A stretch of DNA of 64,000 bases from Candidatus Omnitrophota bacterium (GCA_029564765.1 JAKQPK010000023.1:11479-75478); one strand, 5' to 3'. Numbered from the stretch's first letter, positions 26,353-38,013 are shown. The notes: generated by a model not told the origin, from the sequence alone. Numbers and translations: made by a program.

Positions 26353-26376
26353 AAAAACCCCAAAACGTTTCTATCA
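26353..26376 (-). repeat. Junction motif copy TGATAGAAACGTTTTGGGGTTTTT, starting at the ORF6N stop codon
   Basis: Matches the motif at 5052-5075, 6061-6084 and 24626-24647. Confidence 0.65.
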
Positions 26377-26871
26377 AAATCCAAGCTTACCCTTGGGCTT
26401 TTGCGGCTCTTCGAATAGATTTTTCAAAGCACTAAATACTACTTGAAATTGCTTGTCGTATTTCCTTTCCATCTCTTCGATTTTACGCCTGATATTAACA
26501 TTTGTTAAAGACATCCGGCGTAATTGGGTAAATGCGCGCATGATTTGAATGTTGACAGCGATCGCCCTATCGCTACTTAATACTCCCGAAAGCATCGCAA
26601 CGCCTTGCTCGGTAAAAGCTAAAGGCAAGTGGGGCGAAAATTTTAAGAATTTGAGGTGGTCGCAAATTGCGACCACCTCTTCTTTTTCTTTATTCGTTAA
26701 CTGGAACATAAAATCTTCCGGGAATCGTTTTTTGTTCCTTTTTACCTGCTCGTTGAGCCGTTTTGTTTGCACGCCATACAATAAAGCCAAATCGCTATCC
26801 ATCATGACTTTTTTGCCCCGAATGAAGAATATCTTGCTGGTGATAGCCTCAGCTGAAATTAAATTAGGCAT
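26374..26871 (-). CDS. ORF6N-domain DNA-binding protein
   Basis: IRGKKVMMDSDLA.LYGV.TKRLNEQVKRN..RFPEDFMFQL, AFTEQGVAMLS and C-terminal KLGF. Confidence 0.9.
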   Translation of the reverse strand: MPNLISAEAITSKIFFIRGKKVMMDSDLALLYGVQTKRLNEQVKRNKKRFPEDFMFQLTNKEKEEVVAICDHLKFLKFSPHLPLAFTEQGVAMLSGVLSSDRAIAVNIQIMRAFTQLRRMSLTNVNIRRKIEEMERKYDKQFQVVFSALKNLFEEPQKPKGKLGF

Positions 26872-26979
26872 GACTGTTCTTCCTTCCCGCAGGATACGCT
26901 TCTGAGCTGAAAAAATAAGATTTCACGGATACATACACCGTTAGTCAGATATCTACTGCCAGACTTTTAGCTAATTTGA

Positions 26980-27008
26980 TATATACCACTCACGTGTGTG
27001 GATGTCAA
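26980..27008 (-). promoter_or_regulatory. Candidate island promoter with a palindromic spacer
   Basis: TTGACA-17 bp-TATATA; the spacer contains CCACTCACGTGTGTGG (near-perfect palindrome, 26986-27001). Confidence 0.4.
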
Positions 27009-27059
27009 GAAATTTCCCCAGGTAGCCTCTAAATGTCTTGATCATTTATTGCTTCTCCA

Positions 27060-27094
27060 AAACAAAAGTGCCCCGACGATTTGTCGGGGCACTT
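27060..27094 (-). terminator. Intrinsic terminator downstream of groEL
   Basis: AAGTGCCCCGAC-5 nt-GTCGGGGCACTT followed by a U-rich tract on the minus strand. Confidence 0.7.
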
Positions 27095-27150
27095 ATTAGT
27101 TACGCTTGTTTTGTAGATAGACGATTCAAGATGTTTTGCCTTTCTTAAAG

Positions 27151-27227
27151 GAGATCCCGCGGCTACTTGTCTGCCTTCGGCAGAAAAGCAGCCTGGGATA
27201 ATTTATTCCGACATTTGTCGGAATAAA

Positions 27228-27230
<3 letters not shown>
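27151..27230. repeat. Modular hairpin repeat after groEL
   Basis: ATCCCGCGGCT...AGCCTGGGAT, then ATTTATTCCGAC-ATTT-GTCGGAATAAAT. Confidence 0.6.
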
Positions 27231-28895
<1,665 letters not shown>

Positions 28896-28917
28896 CTAAG
28901 ACAGGTTAAATGGTAAA

Positions 28918-29226
28918 TTATTTCTTGCCTTTTTCAACATTGATAACAGCTAACACATCTTCTTCGCGCATGATCAAAAGATCTTCGCCGTCCTTGGTCT
29001 TGATCTCTGTGCCGCTATATTTTCCGTAGAGCACGCGATCGCCTTTCTTTAATTCTAAAGCCTGGACATTGCCGTTCTCAAGGACCTTGCCTTTGCCGAC
29101 AGCAACGACTTCGCCCTCTTGAGGCTTTTCCTTCGCTGTGTCTGGAAGGATGATACCGCCCTTGGTCTTTTCTTCAGCCGCCAGCGGTCGCACAATAACT
29201 CTGTCGCCCAATGGTTGAATGTTCAT
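28918..29226 (-). CDS. groES: Co-chaperonin GroES
   Basis: PLGDRV and [16 protein letters not shown] motifs. Confidence 0.98.
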   Translation of the reverse strand: MNIQPLGDRVIVRPLAAEEKTKGGIILPDTAKEKPQEGEVVAVGKGKVLENGNVQALELKKGDRVLYGKYSGTEIKTKDGEDLLIMREEDVLAVINVEKGKK

Positions 29227-29269
29227 TCCTCTACCTCCTTGATTGTGTTGTTAAGTGTTGAACTTGCGG

Positions 29270-29296
29270 TTAGCACTCTTAATTTACGAGTGCTAA
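29270..29296. promoter_or_regulatory. CIRCE element (HrcA operator)
   Basis: Perfect TTAGCACTC-N9-GAGTGCTAA upstream of groES. Confidence 0.96.
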
Positions 29297-29324
29297 ATAT
29301 ACAAAAAAATTTTTTTGTTGTCAA
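29296..29324 (-). promoter_or_regulatory. sigma70 promoter of groES-groEL
   Basis: TTGACA-17 bp-TATATT abutting CIRCE. Confidence 0.8.
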
Positions 29325-29330
29325 GTTTTT

Positions 29331-30701
29331 TTATGCCCATGGCAAAAAATAACGCACGGCATGGCAATATAAAAAGGAAAAAATATTTAGCCCGATCAAG
29401 AACAAAGAACAGGCCAGCACGATAACGCCCGCGCGCAAATACGGACGCGCGAACTGAATGATCCCGACGGAAAAGATTACCGCGATAGGCGCGATCACAG
29501 GATACAGATAGCGGCCTTGCGGCTGGTATTTGATCATCATGACATACGCGATAATGGATACGATCTCCAGCGCGATCGCCAACCACAAAAAAGGAAACGT
29601 ATGTCCTGGAAAGCCGATCTTTTTTTGCGCGGACCCTACCCCAGCCCCAACAATCCCGGCCGCCAGCAACCCTCCCGAAAGAATATACAATAACCGCGGC
29701 AGTTGAATCGTCATCCAGCCAAACACACCCCAGAATGATGAATAGCAAAAATACAAAAGATATCCAACGCTCCAACGATAACCTGCTTGGTTGAGAAAAG
29801 AAAAAATATCGCGCTCGACAACAAAAGCCGGCGCCTGCGCCAGAAATTCTTTTAACCGCTGTGTGTATGCAGCATATCCGAAAAGATCCCCGTACAAAAC
29901 AGCGTTACGCACAAAAAACCATCCACTAGCCACCAGACAGACAGCGCCAGCGATCGCTAAAAAACGCCAGCGCCTTTCACGAGGCAGAGAAAAAAGAAGG
30001 AACAAAATACTCGCCGCGATAACGCTGTAGCCAGATATCTTTGATAAGATACCACACCCCAGCCCCGCCCCCAAAGCGATCGCCGCGCGCGCGGACCAGC
30101 GCGTATCCAGCGCGTAAAACCAAAGCCTGACGATCAAGGTCGCGATAAAGGCGGTGATGATATCCGGATTCATATAAGCGCTTAAAAAAGTGAATTGCGG
30201 TAAGAATGCGACGAATATAGTGGATAACTTTTGGAATGCTCGGTCGTCGGGGCGCAGCTTCTTCGCGATATCGTAAACCAGCAAGACGATCCCAACGGCA
30301 CACAGCGCGGATAAAAATCTGGCAAAATAAAAAATTGGGACCCCAGGAAAGAAATGGCCAAATTTTAAGAACATACCCATAAGGATATGCGGGCCGCAAG
30401 GCCACATCATATAGACAGGTTTTAGTTCGTACAAAAAAATGTTCTGGAACATACCCGACTGCTGATGATACGCGACAAGCTCATCAGTAATAGGAAGGCG
30501 TGTGGCGATCGATGAAAAATAAAAATCTTGATCCAGAGGTAAGACCGGGATACGGTTGCGCGCGGCCACAAAAGCAGCCAGGCGATAATGATCATATTCA
30601 TCTGGAGCGCCATTAAAGGGAATAGAGAATATCCACACGAGGCTGTTGAGAAAAACAGCGCCGATGACAACAAGGATAAAGATATCAATCTTTGGTCGCA
30701 C
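29331..30701 (-). CDS. GT-C fold membrane glycosyltransferase (PMT/ArnT/DUF2142-like)
   Basis: PFNGAPDEYDH after the first TM segment, many TM segments, PQGRYLYP; start probably GTG 30701 rather than 30809. Confidence 0.75.
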   Translation of the reverse strand: MRPKIDIFILVVIGAVFLNSLVWIFSIPFNGAPDEYDHYRLAAFVAARNRIPVLPLDQDFYFSSIATRLPITDELVAYHQQSGMFQNIFLYELKPVYMMWPCGPHILMGMFLKFGHFFPGVPIFYFARFLSALCAVGIVLLVYDIAKKLRPDDRAFQKLSTIFVAFLPQFTFLSAYMNPDIITAFIATLIVRLWFYALDTRWSARAAIALGAGLGCGILSKISGYSVIAASILFLLFSLPRERRWRFLAIAGAVCLVASGWFFVRNAVLYGDLFGYAAYTQRLKEFLAQAPAFVVERDIFSFLNQAGYRWSVGYLLYFCYSSFWGVFGWMTIQLPRLLYILSGGLLAAGIVGAGVGSAQKKIGFPGHTFPFLWLAIALEIVSIIAYVMMIKYQPQGRYLYPVIAPIAVIFSVGIIQFARPYLRAGVIVLACSLFLIGLNIFSFLYCHAVRYFLPWA

Positions 30702-31470
30702 AGAAGGCCAGCAGCAATCCTTTAAGGACGAGGTCAGGTTCGAATTTATCAACACAGCGCTTAAGCGATGTTCCCATAAAGTTCCCATAGCCGCCCGTGA
30801 GGATGACAATGGCGCGCCGTGAGAATTTTTTCTTCATCTTGGCAACAAGGCCTTCGATGAGCGCGGTGTAGCCATGGAACATACCGCTTAAAATACTTTC
30901 CTGCGTGTTACGGCCGATCAAATAGGATGGCTTTTGGATCTTGACTTGCGGCAACAAGGCCGTATGCTCTGCTAACGCCCTCAAAGACAAACGGATGCCG
31001 GGCACAATGACTCCCCCTTCATACGCGCCTTGCGCGCAGACAACATCCATGGTCAGCGCTGTTCCAAAATCGATGACGATCGACGGAGATCCGTAAAGCA
31101 TTTTGGCGGCGTACGCGCACGCCAACCGGTCTTGGCCGACCTGGCGGGCCGCGCGATAATTATTCTTGATCGGAATACGCAGATTTTTTCCAGCGACAAG
31201 GACCTTTCCTTGAAATGAACGCGCGAAAACTTTTTGCACAAGCCTTAAGGCAGATGGTACAACACTGCAAACAAGAACAACAGACAGCTTTGGATATTTT
31301 CGTTGTAAGACATGAAGCATTTTTTCCACGTGGCGGCTAAAAAGCTTTTGGCTCACGCTGGTTTCGATCCTGTGACGGTCCACGGCACGCGCTCCTTTAA
31401 AAACGACAAAGGAGGTCATCGTGTTCCCGATGTCGGCCGTTAAGATATATGTTTCCTGTGATGTGAACAT
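30685..31470 (-). CDS. coaX: Type III pantothenate kinase
   Basis: DIGNT, GQDR, IDFGTA.T.D and GG.I.PG motifs. Confidence 0.93.
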   Translation of the reverse strand: MFTSQETYILTADIGNTMTSFVVFKGARAVDRHRIETSVSQKLFSRHVEKMLHVLQRKYPKLSVVLVCSVVPSALRLVQKVFARSFQGKVLVAGKNLRIPIKNNYRAARQVGQDRLACAYAAKMLYGSPSIVIDFGTALTMDVVCAQGAYEGGVIVPGIRLSLRALAEHTALLPQVKIQKPSYLIGRNTQESILSGMFHGYTALIEGLVAKMKKKFSRRAIVILTGGYGNFMGTSLKRCVDKFEPDLVLKGLLLAFCATKD

Positions 31471-33209
31471 TAGAGTTTCTCTAAAGCTGTTTTGGCTGCT
31501 TCAAAGCGCGGCTCGATCTTCAAGGCTCGCGTGAACATATCCCGTGCTGCGCTTACCTTCCCCTGTTTCTGGTAAACCAAACCCATTCCATAATAAAGCC
31601 AAAAGTAGTTTTTGTCCATATCTTGCCCGGCCTGAAAATAAGCCAGGGCTTTTTCGTGTTCTCCCAGAAAATGGTGAGTGACACCCAAATTATAATAATG
31701 GGACACGCTATTTTGATCCAGCCGAAAGGCGCTAGAAAATTCGATAAGAGCCAAGTCGTGTTGACCCATTAGACCATAAAGCGTCCCTATGGCACTGTGA
31801 AGAGCGATCTTTTGCGCATCAGGCCTTTGAAGCGCCTGACGATAGGCCTCAAGAGCTTTGTCATAATAAGCACTTCCATGATACGCGTAAGCATCGCCTA
31901 GGTAGTGGAATGGCTTAGCGCTTCGAGGTGTTTTCTGGCAAGTATCCGACCATAGGGTCACATCGTTGCGCCAAATATAATTGCGTGACGCGGAAGCCTG
32001 TCCATACAACCCTAAGACAAGAACAAGCCCTATCCCTAAAATCATCTGCTCTTGGCGCGCGTCGTGCTTCGATAAGCGCTTAGAAGCCTCCACGATCACC
32101 CATGCCAAAAAAAAGCAAAAGGAAACTGAAGGAAGGTACATGAACCTTTCCGCGAACAATCCCCCGATCGGAATGATGTTTGAGATCATAAAACTGGTGA
32201 TGAAGAAAAAAAGAGCGAAGAATGATGCCAAACGGTAACGCTTGGCCATCGTTATCGCGAAAGACAAAATACTGCCGACAATGAAAAAGGACAGGAAGAT
32301 CTCCACAGCCGAAAGCGTTTCTGGCTGCGGCAAAAGATAAAAAGCTGACAAGCGAAAAGGATAGATCAGGATCCAAAAATAATTTAGAAATGTTTTCGCG
32401 AACATAGCCACTTGGGCCAGGACCCCGCCATCAGAAATGATGTTAAATCCTAGATTCAAATGCCAAAAACCTAATGCCGCGGCTTTCTGCATCACAAAAA
32501 CTCGAGCTGCTATATAGCAGGCTGCCGGCAGCACGAACCACGCGTACCGCATCAATCGACGCGCCAGATCCCTGAAACGAAATTCCGCGATAAAGTAAAG
32601 ATCGTAAAGCACAAAAATAGCCGGCAATACGATCGCTTCTTCCTTGGCAAAGATCGCGAGAAAACAAAAAACAACAGAAAATAAAAAATATTTCTTATCT
32701 CCAGTCTTGGTACTCTGCAGAAAGAACCAAAACGACAACAATGATAAAAAAGACGCCAGGACACCCATATAATTAAAGATCGGCGCAACCGCTTCTACAT
32801 GAATGGGGTGGACCGCGAAAATAAGCGCTGTTATCAAGCCTGTTTTTTTGCTCAAGGCCATCTGACTGATCAAAAGAAAAACAAGAAATGTAGTCCCCAG
32901 ATGCAAAAGCAGACTGGTCAAATGCAATCCAAAAGTGTTCAACCCCCAGAGCTGATACATCAACATCAAAAAAAGCATCGACACCGGACGATAATAGCCG
33001 CTGGGCTTGGCGATCGGTGTCACGACCGCGACATCACTGGTCAAGACCTCCGGCAGATTCGAGAAATTGCGGATAAACTCATTATCCTTGATCAAATAAT
33101 GGTCATCATAAACAAAGCCATTAGAAAGCGCGTTGCCAAATACCACGAAGACCGCAACAGCCAAGATCCCTAGGTATACCCAATTATTTTTTGCGTTCCA
33201 CATGCCCAT
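31470..33209 (-). CDS. TMTC-like membrane glycosyltransferase with C-terminal TPR repeats
   Basis: FVYDD, YYRP, FAVHPIHVEAV, KE and AERFMYLPS motifs followed by TPRs; start uncertain. Confidence 0.8.
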   Translation of the reverse strand: MGMWNAKNNWVYLGILAVAVFVVFGNALSNGFVYDDHYLIKDNEFIRNFSNLPEVLTSDVAVVTPIAKPSGYYRPVSMLFLMLMYQLWGLNTFGLHLTSLLLHLGTTFLVFLLISQMALSKKTGLITALIFAVHPIHVEAVAPIFNYMGVLASFLSLLSFWFFLQSTKTGDKKYFLFSVVFCFLAIFAKEEAIVLPAIFVLYDLYFIAEFRFRDLARRLMRYAWFVLPAACYIAARVFVMQKAAALGFWHLNLGFNIISDGGVLAQVAMFAKTFLNYFWILIYPFRLSAFYLLPQPETLSAVEIFLSFFIVGSILSFAITMAKRYRLASFFALFFFITSFMISNIIPIGGLFAERFMYLPSVSFCFFLAWVIVEASKRLSKHDARQEQMILGIGLVLVLGLYGQASASRNYIWRNDVTLWSDTCQKTPRSAKPFHYLGDAYAYHGSAYYDKALEAYRQALQRPDAQKIALHSAIGTLYGLMGQHDLALIEFSSAFRLDQNSVSHYYNLGVTHHFLGEHEKALAYFQAGQDMDKNYFWLYYGMGLVYQKQGKVSAARDMFTRALKIEPRFEAAKTALEKL

Positions 33210-35169
33210 ATTTTTTGAGCTCCGTGATCTTATCCCGCAGAAGGGCCGCTTTTTCAAACAATAAATTACGTGCCGCAAGCTCCATGTCGCGCTCAAGATC
33301 TACGATCAATTCTTGCAAAGCCCTTTCTTCGCCATCTTGTCCGACAACTTCATCGACGATCTCATCGGCTTTACTGTACTGCTCGATCCCCTGACGGATC
33401 GCCTTCTGGATGGTTTGCGGCGTGATCTTGTGCGTCTCATTATACGCCAACTGAATGGCGCGGCGGCGTTCGCATTCTTGGATCGTAGCCTTCATAGCCG
33501 CGGAGATCTTGTCCGCGTACATAATGACCATGCCGTTGACATGACGCGCGGCTCGTCCTGAAACCTGGATCAAAGATGTCTGGGACCGCAAAAAACCTTC
33601 TTTATCCGCGTCCAAGATCGCGACTAGCGAAACCTCCGGAAGATCAAGGCCTTCACGTAATAGATTAACCCCAACCAAGCAATCAAAATTCTTCATGCGT
33701 AAATTTTGCAGGATCTTAGCGCGATCAATGGTCTCAATATCGCAATGCATATACTTAACCTTGATCTTTTGCTTCTCGAGATACGCCGCCAAATCCTCGG
33801 CCATTCGCTTGGTCATCGTGGTCACCAACGCGCGTTCGCTTTTTTTGACACGCTGCTTGATCTCGCGAACCAGATCGCTAACCTGGTCCTTACTGGAGCG
33901 AACACTGATCGGCGGATCCACGATCCCTGTTGGCCGGATGATCTGCTCAACGATATGGTCCTTACTTTCCTTGCGTTCAAACGGACCTGGCGTTGCTGAC
34001 ACATAAATACGCTGGCCGATCGCGCCTTGGATCTCCGGGAATCTCAAGGGGCGGTTATCCAAGCAAGACGGCAGGCGGAATCCATGCTCGACCAAGGTTT
34101 GCTTACGCGCTCTATCGCCTTCGTACATGCCGTTAAGTTGAGGGATCGTTACATGCGATTCATCGATGATCGTCAAAAAATCCTTCGGGAAATAATCGAT
34201 CAGCGTGAATGGACGGCTTCCCGATGGACGCCCTGATAAGGGGCGAGAATAATTCTCGATGCCGTGGCAATAACCCACCTCTCGCAGCATCTCCATGTCA
34301 TAGCGTGTCCGCGATTCCAATCGCTGCGCCTCAACGAGCTTTCCCTTTGCTTTCAAAAACGCTACATGCTCTTGCAATTCTTTATCGATCAGGGTAATGC
34401 CACTCTCGATCGTCTGCGAAGGCATAATAAAATGCTTAGCAGGATAAATAGCGATCTTTTCCAGGCTGACCAAGACCTTTCCCGATACAGGATCGATCTG
34501 GGCGATACGCTCAACCTTGTCCCCAAAGAATTCCACCCTGACCGCGTCCCGTCGGTAAGCCGGAAAAATCTCGACAACATCCCCGCGCACGCGAAATTTT
34601 CCCCGCGTCAGCTCATAATCATTGCGCTCATATTGAATATCCAAAAGCTGGCGTAACGCCTCATCGCGGTCCAAGGCCTGGCCTTTTTCGAGCCAAAGCA
34701 ATAATTCTTTGTAATCATCCGGAGAACCTAGGTTGTAGATACACGAAACGCTTGCCACGATGATCACATCCCGCCGCGTGATCAGCGATGTGGTCGCGGC
34801 TAAACGCAATTGGTCCAACTGGTCGTTGATCGAGGCATCTTTTTCGATATAAACGTCTGTTTGGGGGATATACGCTTCCGGCTGATAATAATCATAGTAG
34901 CTGACAAAGTATTCGACAGCATTATCCGGAAAGAACTCCTTAAATTCGCCGTATAGCTGGGCTGCTAGGGTTTTGTTGTGGGAGATCACCAATGTCGGAC
35001 GGTTCACGGCTTCAATGACATTCGCGAGCGTGAATGTCTTACCGCTTCCGGTCACTCCCAGCAGGATCTGGGCAGAGATATCCTGGCGAAGATGGGCAAC
35101 GATCTGCTGCGCGGCTTTTTGCTGTTCGTCAACAGGCTTAAAAGGACTTTTTAAGACAAAACGATTCAT
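33184..35169 (-). CDS. uvrB: Excinuclease ABC subunit B
   Basis: LGVTGSGKT, YYDYYQPEAY, DESH, LDNRPL and LLREGLD motifs. Confidence 0.98.
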   Translation of the reverse strand: MNRFVLKSPFKPVDEQQKAAQQIVAHLRQDISAQILLGVTGSGKTFTLANVIEAVNRPTLVISHNKTLAAQLYGEFKEFFPDNAVEYFVSYYDYYQPEAYIPQTDVYIEKDASINDQLDQLRLAATTSLITRRDVIIVASVSCIYNLGSPDDYKELLLWLEKGQALDRDEALRQLLDIQYERNDYELTRGKFRVRGDVVEIFPAYRRDAVRVEFFGDKVERIAQIDPVSGKVLVSLEKIAIYPAKHFIMPSQTIESGITLIDKELQEHVAFLKAKGKLVEAQRLESRTRYDMEMLREVGYCHGIENYSRPLSGRPSGSRPFTLIDYFPKDFLTIIDESHVTIPQLNGMYEGDRARKQTLVEHGFRLPSCLDNRPLRFPEIQGAIGQRIYVSATPGPFERKESKDHIVEQIIRPTGIVDPPISVRSSKDQVSDLVREIKQRVKKSERALVTTMTKRMAEDLAAYLEKQKIKVKYMHCDIETIDRAKILQNLRMKNFDCLVGVNLLREGLDLPEVSLVAILDADKEGFLRSQTSLIQVSGRAARHVNGMVIMYADKISAAMKATIQECERRRAIQLAYNETHKITPQTIQKAIRQGIEQYSKADEIVDEVVGQDGEERALQELIVDLERDMELAARNLLFEKAALLRDKITELKKYGHVERKK

Positions 35170-35195
35170 GCCGCAACGATCTTTCGCACGACCTC

Positions 35196-35672
35196 TTACA
35201 ACTTTGCGTTCGTGCTGTTAATGGACTTCTCGATCTCGGCGAACACTTTTTGAACAAGCCCGTCATTCTTATAGCTTTCCATGTTCTTGATCGCCACGGA
35301 AAGAACGGAATAATAACGGACCTCGATCTCAACTTTTTCATTGTTTTCTTTGATCAGAACGTTGAGCATCGTATAGCGGGAGCTTAAAAACATAGATGTC
35401 TGGCGCACATTCGTGAACAAGATCACTTGATGGGGTTGAGCCTCCGCGGCCGCTTTATCACTCTCAAAAACAACAGGATTAACCTCTCGCGTGATCTTCC
35501 AGCCAAGCCGTTCAAGCGCGTGTGTCGTCGCGGTCACGGCCTTGTCATAGCTCGTATAAAATTCCTGACGATAAGGGTTCTTGTCTTTAAGATATTGAGG
35601 CATCTGGACCGTTATACATCCTGCCAAAACTAATGTGCTGATCAGCATCAACGAATGAATATGTCTTTTCAT
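35196..35672 (-). CDS. Hypothetical lipoprotein
   Basis: LAGC lipobox; AGGAGG RBS. Confidence 0.7.
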   Translation of the reverse strand: MKRHIHSLMLISTLVLAGCITVQMPQYLKDKNPYRQEFYTSYDKAVTATTHALERLGWKITREVNPVVFESDKAAAEAQPHQVILFTNVRQTSMFLSSRYTMLNVLIKENNEKVEIEVRYYSVLSVAIKNMESYKNDGLVQKVFAEIEKSINSTNAKL

Positions 35673-35683
35673 AGAAAATCCTC

Positions 35684-35995
35684 CTAACAGATTTTACCGT
35701 GTTTATAGGGACGGTTTTTATTCTTTTCGGTCTTTTTAATGATCTCCTGGGCGATATCGATCTTTAATCCACCGCAGAGATCGAACAAACGGATAAAGGT
35801 GTCCGCGATCTCCTCTTTAAAGTTCGCGCCATCTTGCACGCGATAGGATTCCATGGCTTCCGCAAGCTCGGTAACGATCAGCATCAGGGCTTCGCCTAAA
35901 TTCCTCTTTTCATCCCAAAAACCCTTTTCTACCGCGATATTGTGGCACAGGGATGCCCATTCGTCCAAGGTCAATGTTCTCAATTCCTTTGTCAT
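35684..35995 (-). CDS. MazG-like NTP pyrophosphohydrolase
   Basis: LI.TELAEAME...EEIAD..IRLFD and N..RPYKHGK motifs. Confidence 0.75.
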   Translation of the reverse strand: MTKELRTLTLDEWASLCHNIAVEKGFWDEKRNLGEALMLIVTELAEAMESYRVQDGANFKEEIADTFIRLFDLCGGLKIDIAQEIIKKTEKNKNRPYKHGKIC

Positions 35996-36008
35996 CTTTT
36001 TTCTCGTT

Positions 36009-36674
36009 TCAATGATTTGTTATGAACGCCGCCATGTCTTGCGCGAGCGGGGCTTGTACATGCGCATCTTTTTTGGTGATCGGATGACGCCATGCCAGCG
36101 AAGCGGCATGCAAAGCTGTTCGACGGAATTTCAGGTCAAAATCTTTCGCGAATGCGTATTTGCGCTCTCCCAGCAAAGGATGACCGATCATACTAAAATG
36201 GATACGGATCTGATTGCTGCGGCCGGTCTTAATAAAGACTTCAACGATGCTGTAGCCGGTCTTTTGCTTTAAGACGCGGTATTCTGTGATCGCCGTTTTC
36301 GGCCTAGCAAAGCGATCATGCCGCCTTTCATCAAAGCTCATGACAGGACGATCGATCACGCCCTGCTGTTGGCGCATTCTTCCATGCGCAAAAGCGATAT
36401 ATTGTTTTTTCACAGAACGTCCACGAAACGCATCCATCATCAACTGCTGATTTCTTTTTCCACGGGCAAAAAGGATCACGCCAGAAGTATCACGATCTAG
36501 ACGATGACAGGGATACAGGGCGCCTTCTCCGGCCTGAGGGGGGCACTGCTGGTTGACGATCTCGGTCAATGTTTTCTTTTCATCAGGGGCAGGGACAACC
36601 AAAAGTCCGGCGGGTTTATCAAAAACATAATACCATGGATCTTGATACAAAATATCGACCGGCTTCACTCCCAA
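36009..36674 (-). CDS. RluA family pseudouridine synthase
   Basis: KPAGL, HRLDRDTSG, TGRSNQIR.H and LHA motifs. Confidence 0.92.
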   Translation of the reverse strand: MGVKPVDILYQDPWYYVFDKPAGLLVVPAPDEKKTLTEIVNQQCPPQAGEGALYPCHRLDRDTSGVILFARGKRNQQLMMDAFRGRSVKKQYIAFAHGRMRQQQGVIDRPVMSFDERRHDRFARPKTAITEYRVLKQKTGYSIVEVFIKTGRSNQIRIHFSMIGHPLLGERKYAFAKDFDLKFRRTALHAASLAWRHPITKKDAHVQAPLAQDMAAFITNH

Positions 36675-36702
36675 TCCCCTTTAAACATCCAGCAGGATGA
36701 TC

Positions 36703-36879
36703 CTATCCTGATGCCTGCGGCGTATCGCGGTCCTCATCCTCGAACTGCGCCTGCAAAACATCAACAATATAATTCAATTTCTTAATGATAATGATCGGAA
36801 ACACGACCAACCATACCTGGAATGCCAAAGACAAAATAGCCTGAAAATACGTTATGGATACTGTCAAATTGCTTTCCAT
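36703..36879 (-). CDS. 58-aa single-pass membrane protein (not in the ORF track)
   Basis: Manual translation MESNLTVSITYFQAILSLAFQVWLVVFPIIIIKKLNYIVDVLQAQFEDEDRDTPQASG; fills the gap between the PilZ and rluA genes. Confidence 0.6.
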   Translation of the reverse strand: MESNLTVSITYFQAILSLAFQVWLVVFPIIIIKKLNYIVDVLQAQFEDEDRDTPQASG

Positions 36880-36907
36880 GTCAGATCATCTTTCGGTTTA
36901 GGAGCGC

Positions 36908-37279
36908 TCAGCTTGAAGTTTGATGCTCAAGAAGGGTCGAGATATATTCCGCGATCACCTTCTTATCGCGGTCCTGCACATCATTGAAGTAAATGGCGAC
37001 ATTGAAATTATTTTGCTGAGGGTAAGGCTCAGTGCGGACAACAACGCCTGAACAAGAAACTTTTTTCGTGGATAACTTATTATTGCGCCTGAGCGGCAAA
37101 AGAAGCTGCACCTTAAGCTTAGTCATGGGCTCTAAATACTGACTGACCGTACAATAAGCCCCAGAACAGCTTAAATTCTTGCTTTCTGTTACGATATCAA
37201 AATCTTCACTAGATATCTTAAGCGGAATATTATTCTCGATGCGAGGACTTCGTCGTCTTTCCTTGCTCGACATGATCAA
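36908..37279 (-). CDS. PilZ domain protein
   Basis: ERRRSPR and NLSCSGA motifs. Confidence 0.85.
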   Translation of the reverse strand: MIMSSKERRRSPRIENNIPLKISSEDFDIVTESKNLSCSGAYCTVSQYLEPMTKLKVQLLLPLRRNNKLSTKKVSCSGVVVRTEPYPQQNNFNVAIYFNDVQDRDKKVIAEYISTLLEHQTSS

Positions 37280-37295
37280 AACTTTACCTCTTTAA

Positions 37296-37475
37296 TTACT
37301 TATTGTTCTCTTGGCCTTCATCCTGCTTGGCTTGTTGCGCCTTTGCCCAGCAGTTCTTATTGCAATAATAATGGCCGTTACGATAATAACGCTTTGCCTT
37401 CTTTAAAGCCTTCTTGCAGGCCGGACAATTCTTAACAACCTCTACCTCTTGGGGTGCAGCTGCTTCATTTGCCAT
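37296..37475 (-). CDS. 59-aa CxxC...YCxxxC zinc-finger (TRASH/YHS-like) protein (not in the ORF track)
   Basis: Manual translation MANEAAAPQEVEVVKNCPACKKALKKAKRYYRNGHYYCNKNCWAKAQQAKQDEGQENNK; AAAGGAG RBS. Confidence 0.72.
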   Translation of the reverse strand: MANEAAAPQEVEVVKNCPACKKALKKAKRYYRNGHYYCNKNCWAKAQQAKQDEGQENNK

Positions 37476-37529
37476 GGTACAATTGTACTCCTTTCTTCAT
37501 AAAAATCACGAAAATTCTTATATTTGAGA

Positions 37530-37886
37530 TTATTTTATCTGATTTGATATCACGAACTTACGGATATTTTGCTGCTGGTCATCGCCCTGGGTCGCGAACT
37601 CGATACCGAGCTGATAGCGGTCAGATGAGGGAACTCGGTGCGACCAAGCGACATGCCCTTTCATAGAGAACACCTGAGATCCTTGGGTCAAGCGGAATTC
37701 AAACGCCATAGGCGTATAAGGCCTCACAAAATTTTCAAAATTGATCCGTAAACCACCCTCACTAATATCCTTTGCCAAGCACCCTCCGCTTTCTGGAGAT
37801 CCAGAGAAGTGAAATGATATAGGCTCTCGAAAGTCTATTCTTGGGTATTTACGTCTTTCGCTATTATTGCTCTCTGAAGAAAACAT
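37530..37886 (-). CDS. PilZ domain protein
   Basis: ERRKYPR and DISEGGL motifs. Confidence 0.88.
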   Translation of the reverse strand: MFSSESNNSERRKYPRIDFREPISFHFSGSPESGGCLAKDISEGGLRINFENFVRPYTPMAFEFRLTQGSQVFSMKGHVAWSHRVPSSDRYQLGIEFATQGDDQQQNIRKFVISNQIK

Positions 37887-38013
37887 GCCACTTTCCCTTG
37901 TTAAAAGGTCCCGTGGCTAATAAAAGTATAACATAATTTATTTTACTGACAACGACTTTTATTCTCTTTTTAATGCCTTTACCAAAGATACACCTCATGT
38001 TATAATTTGCACC

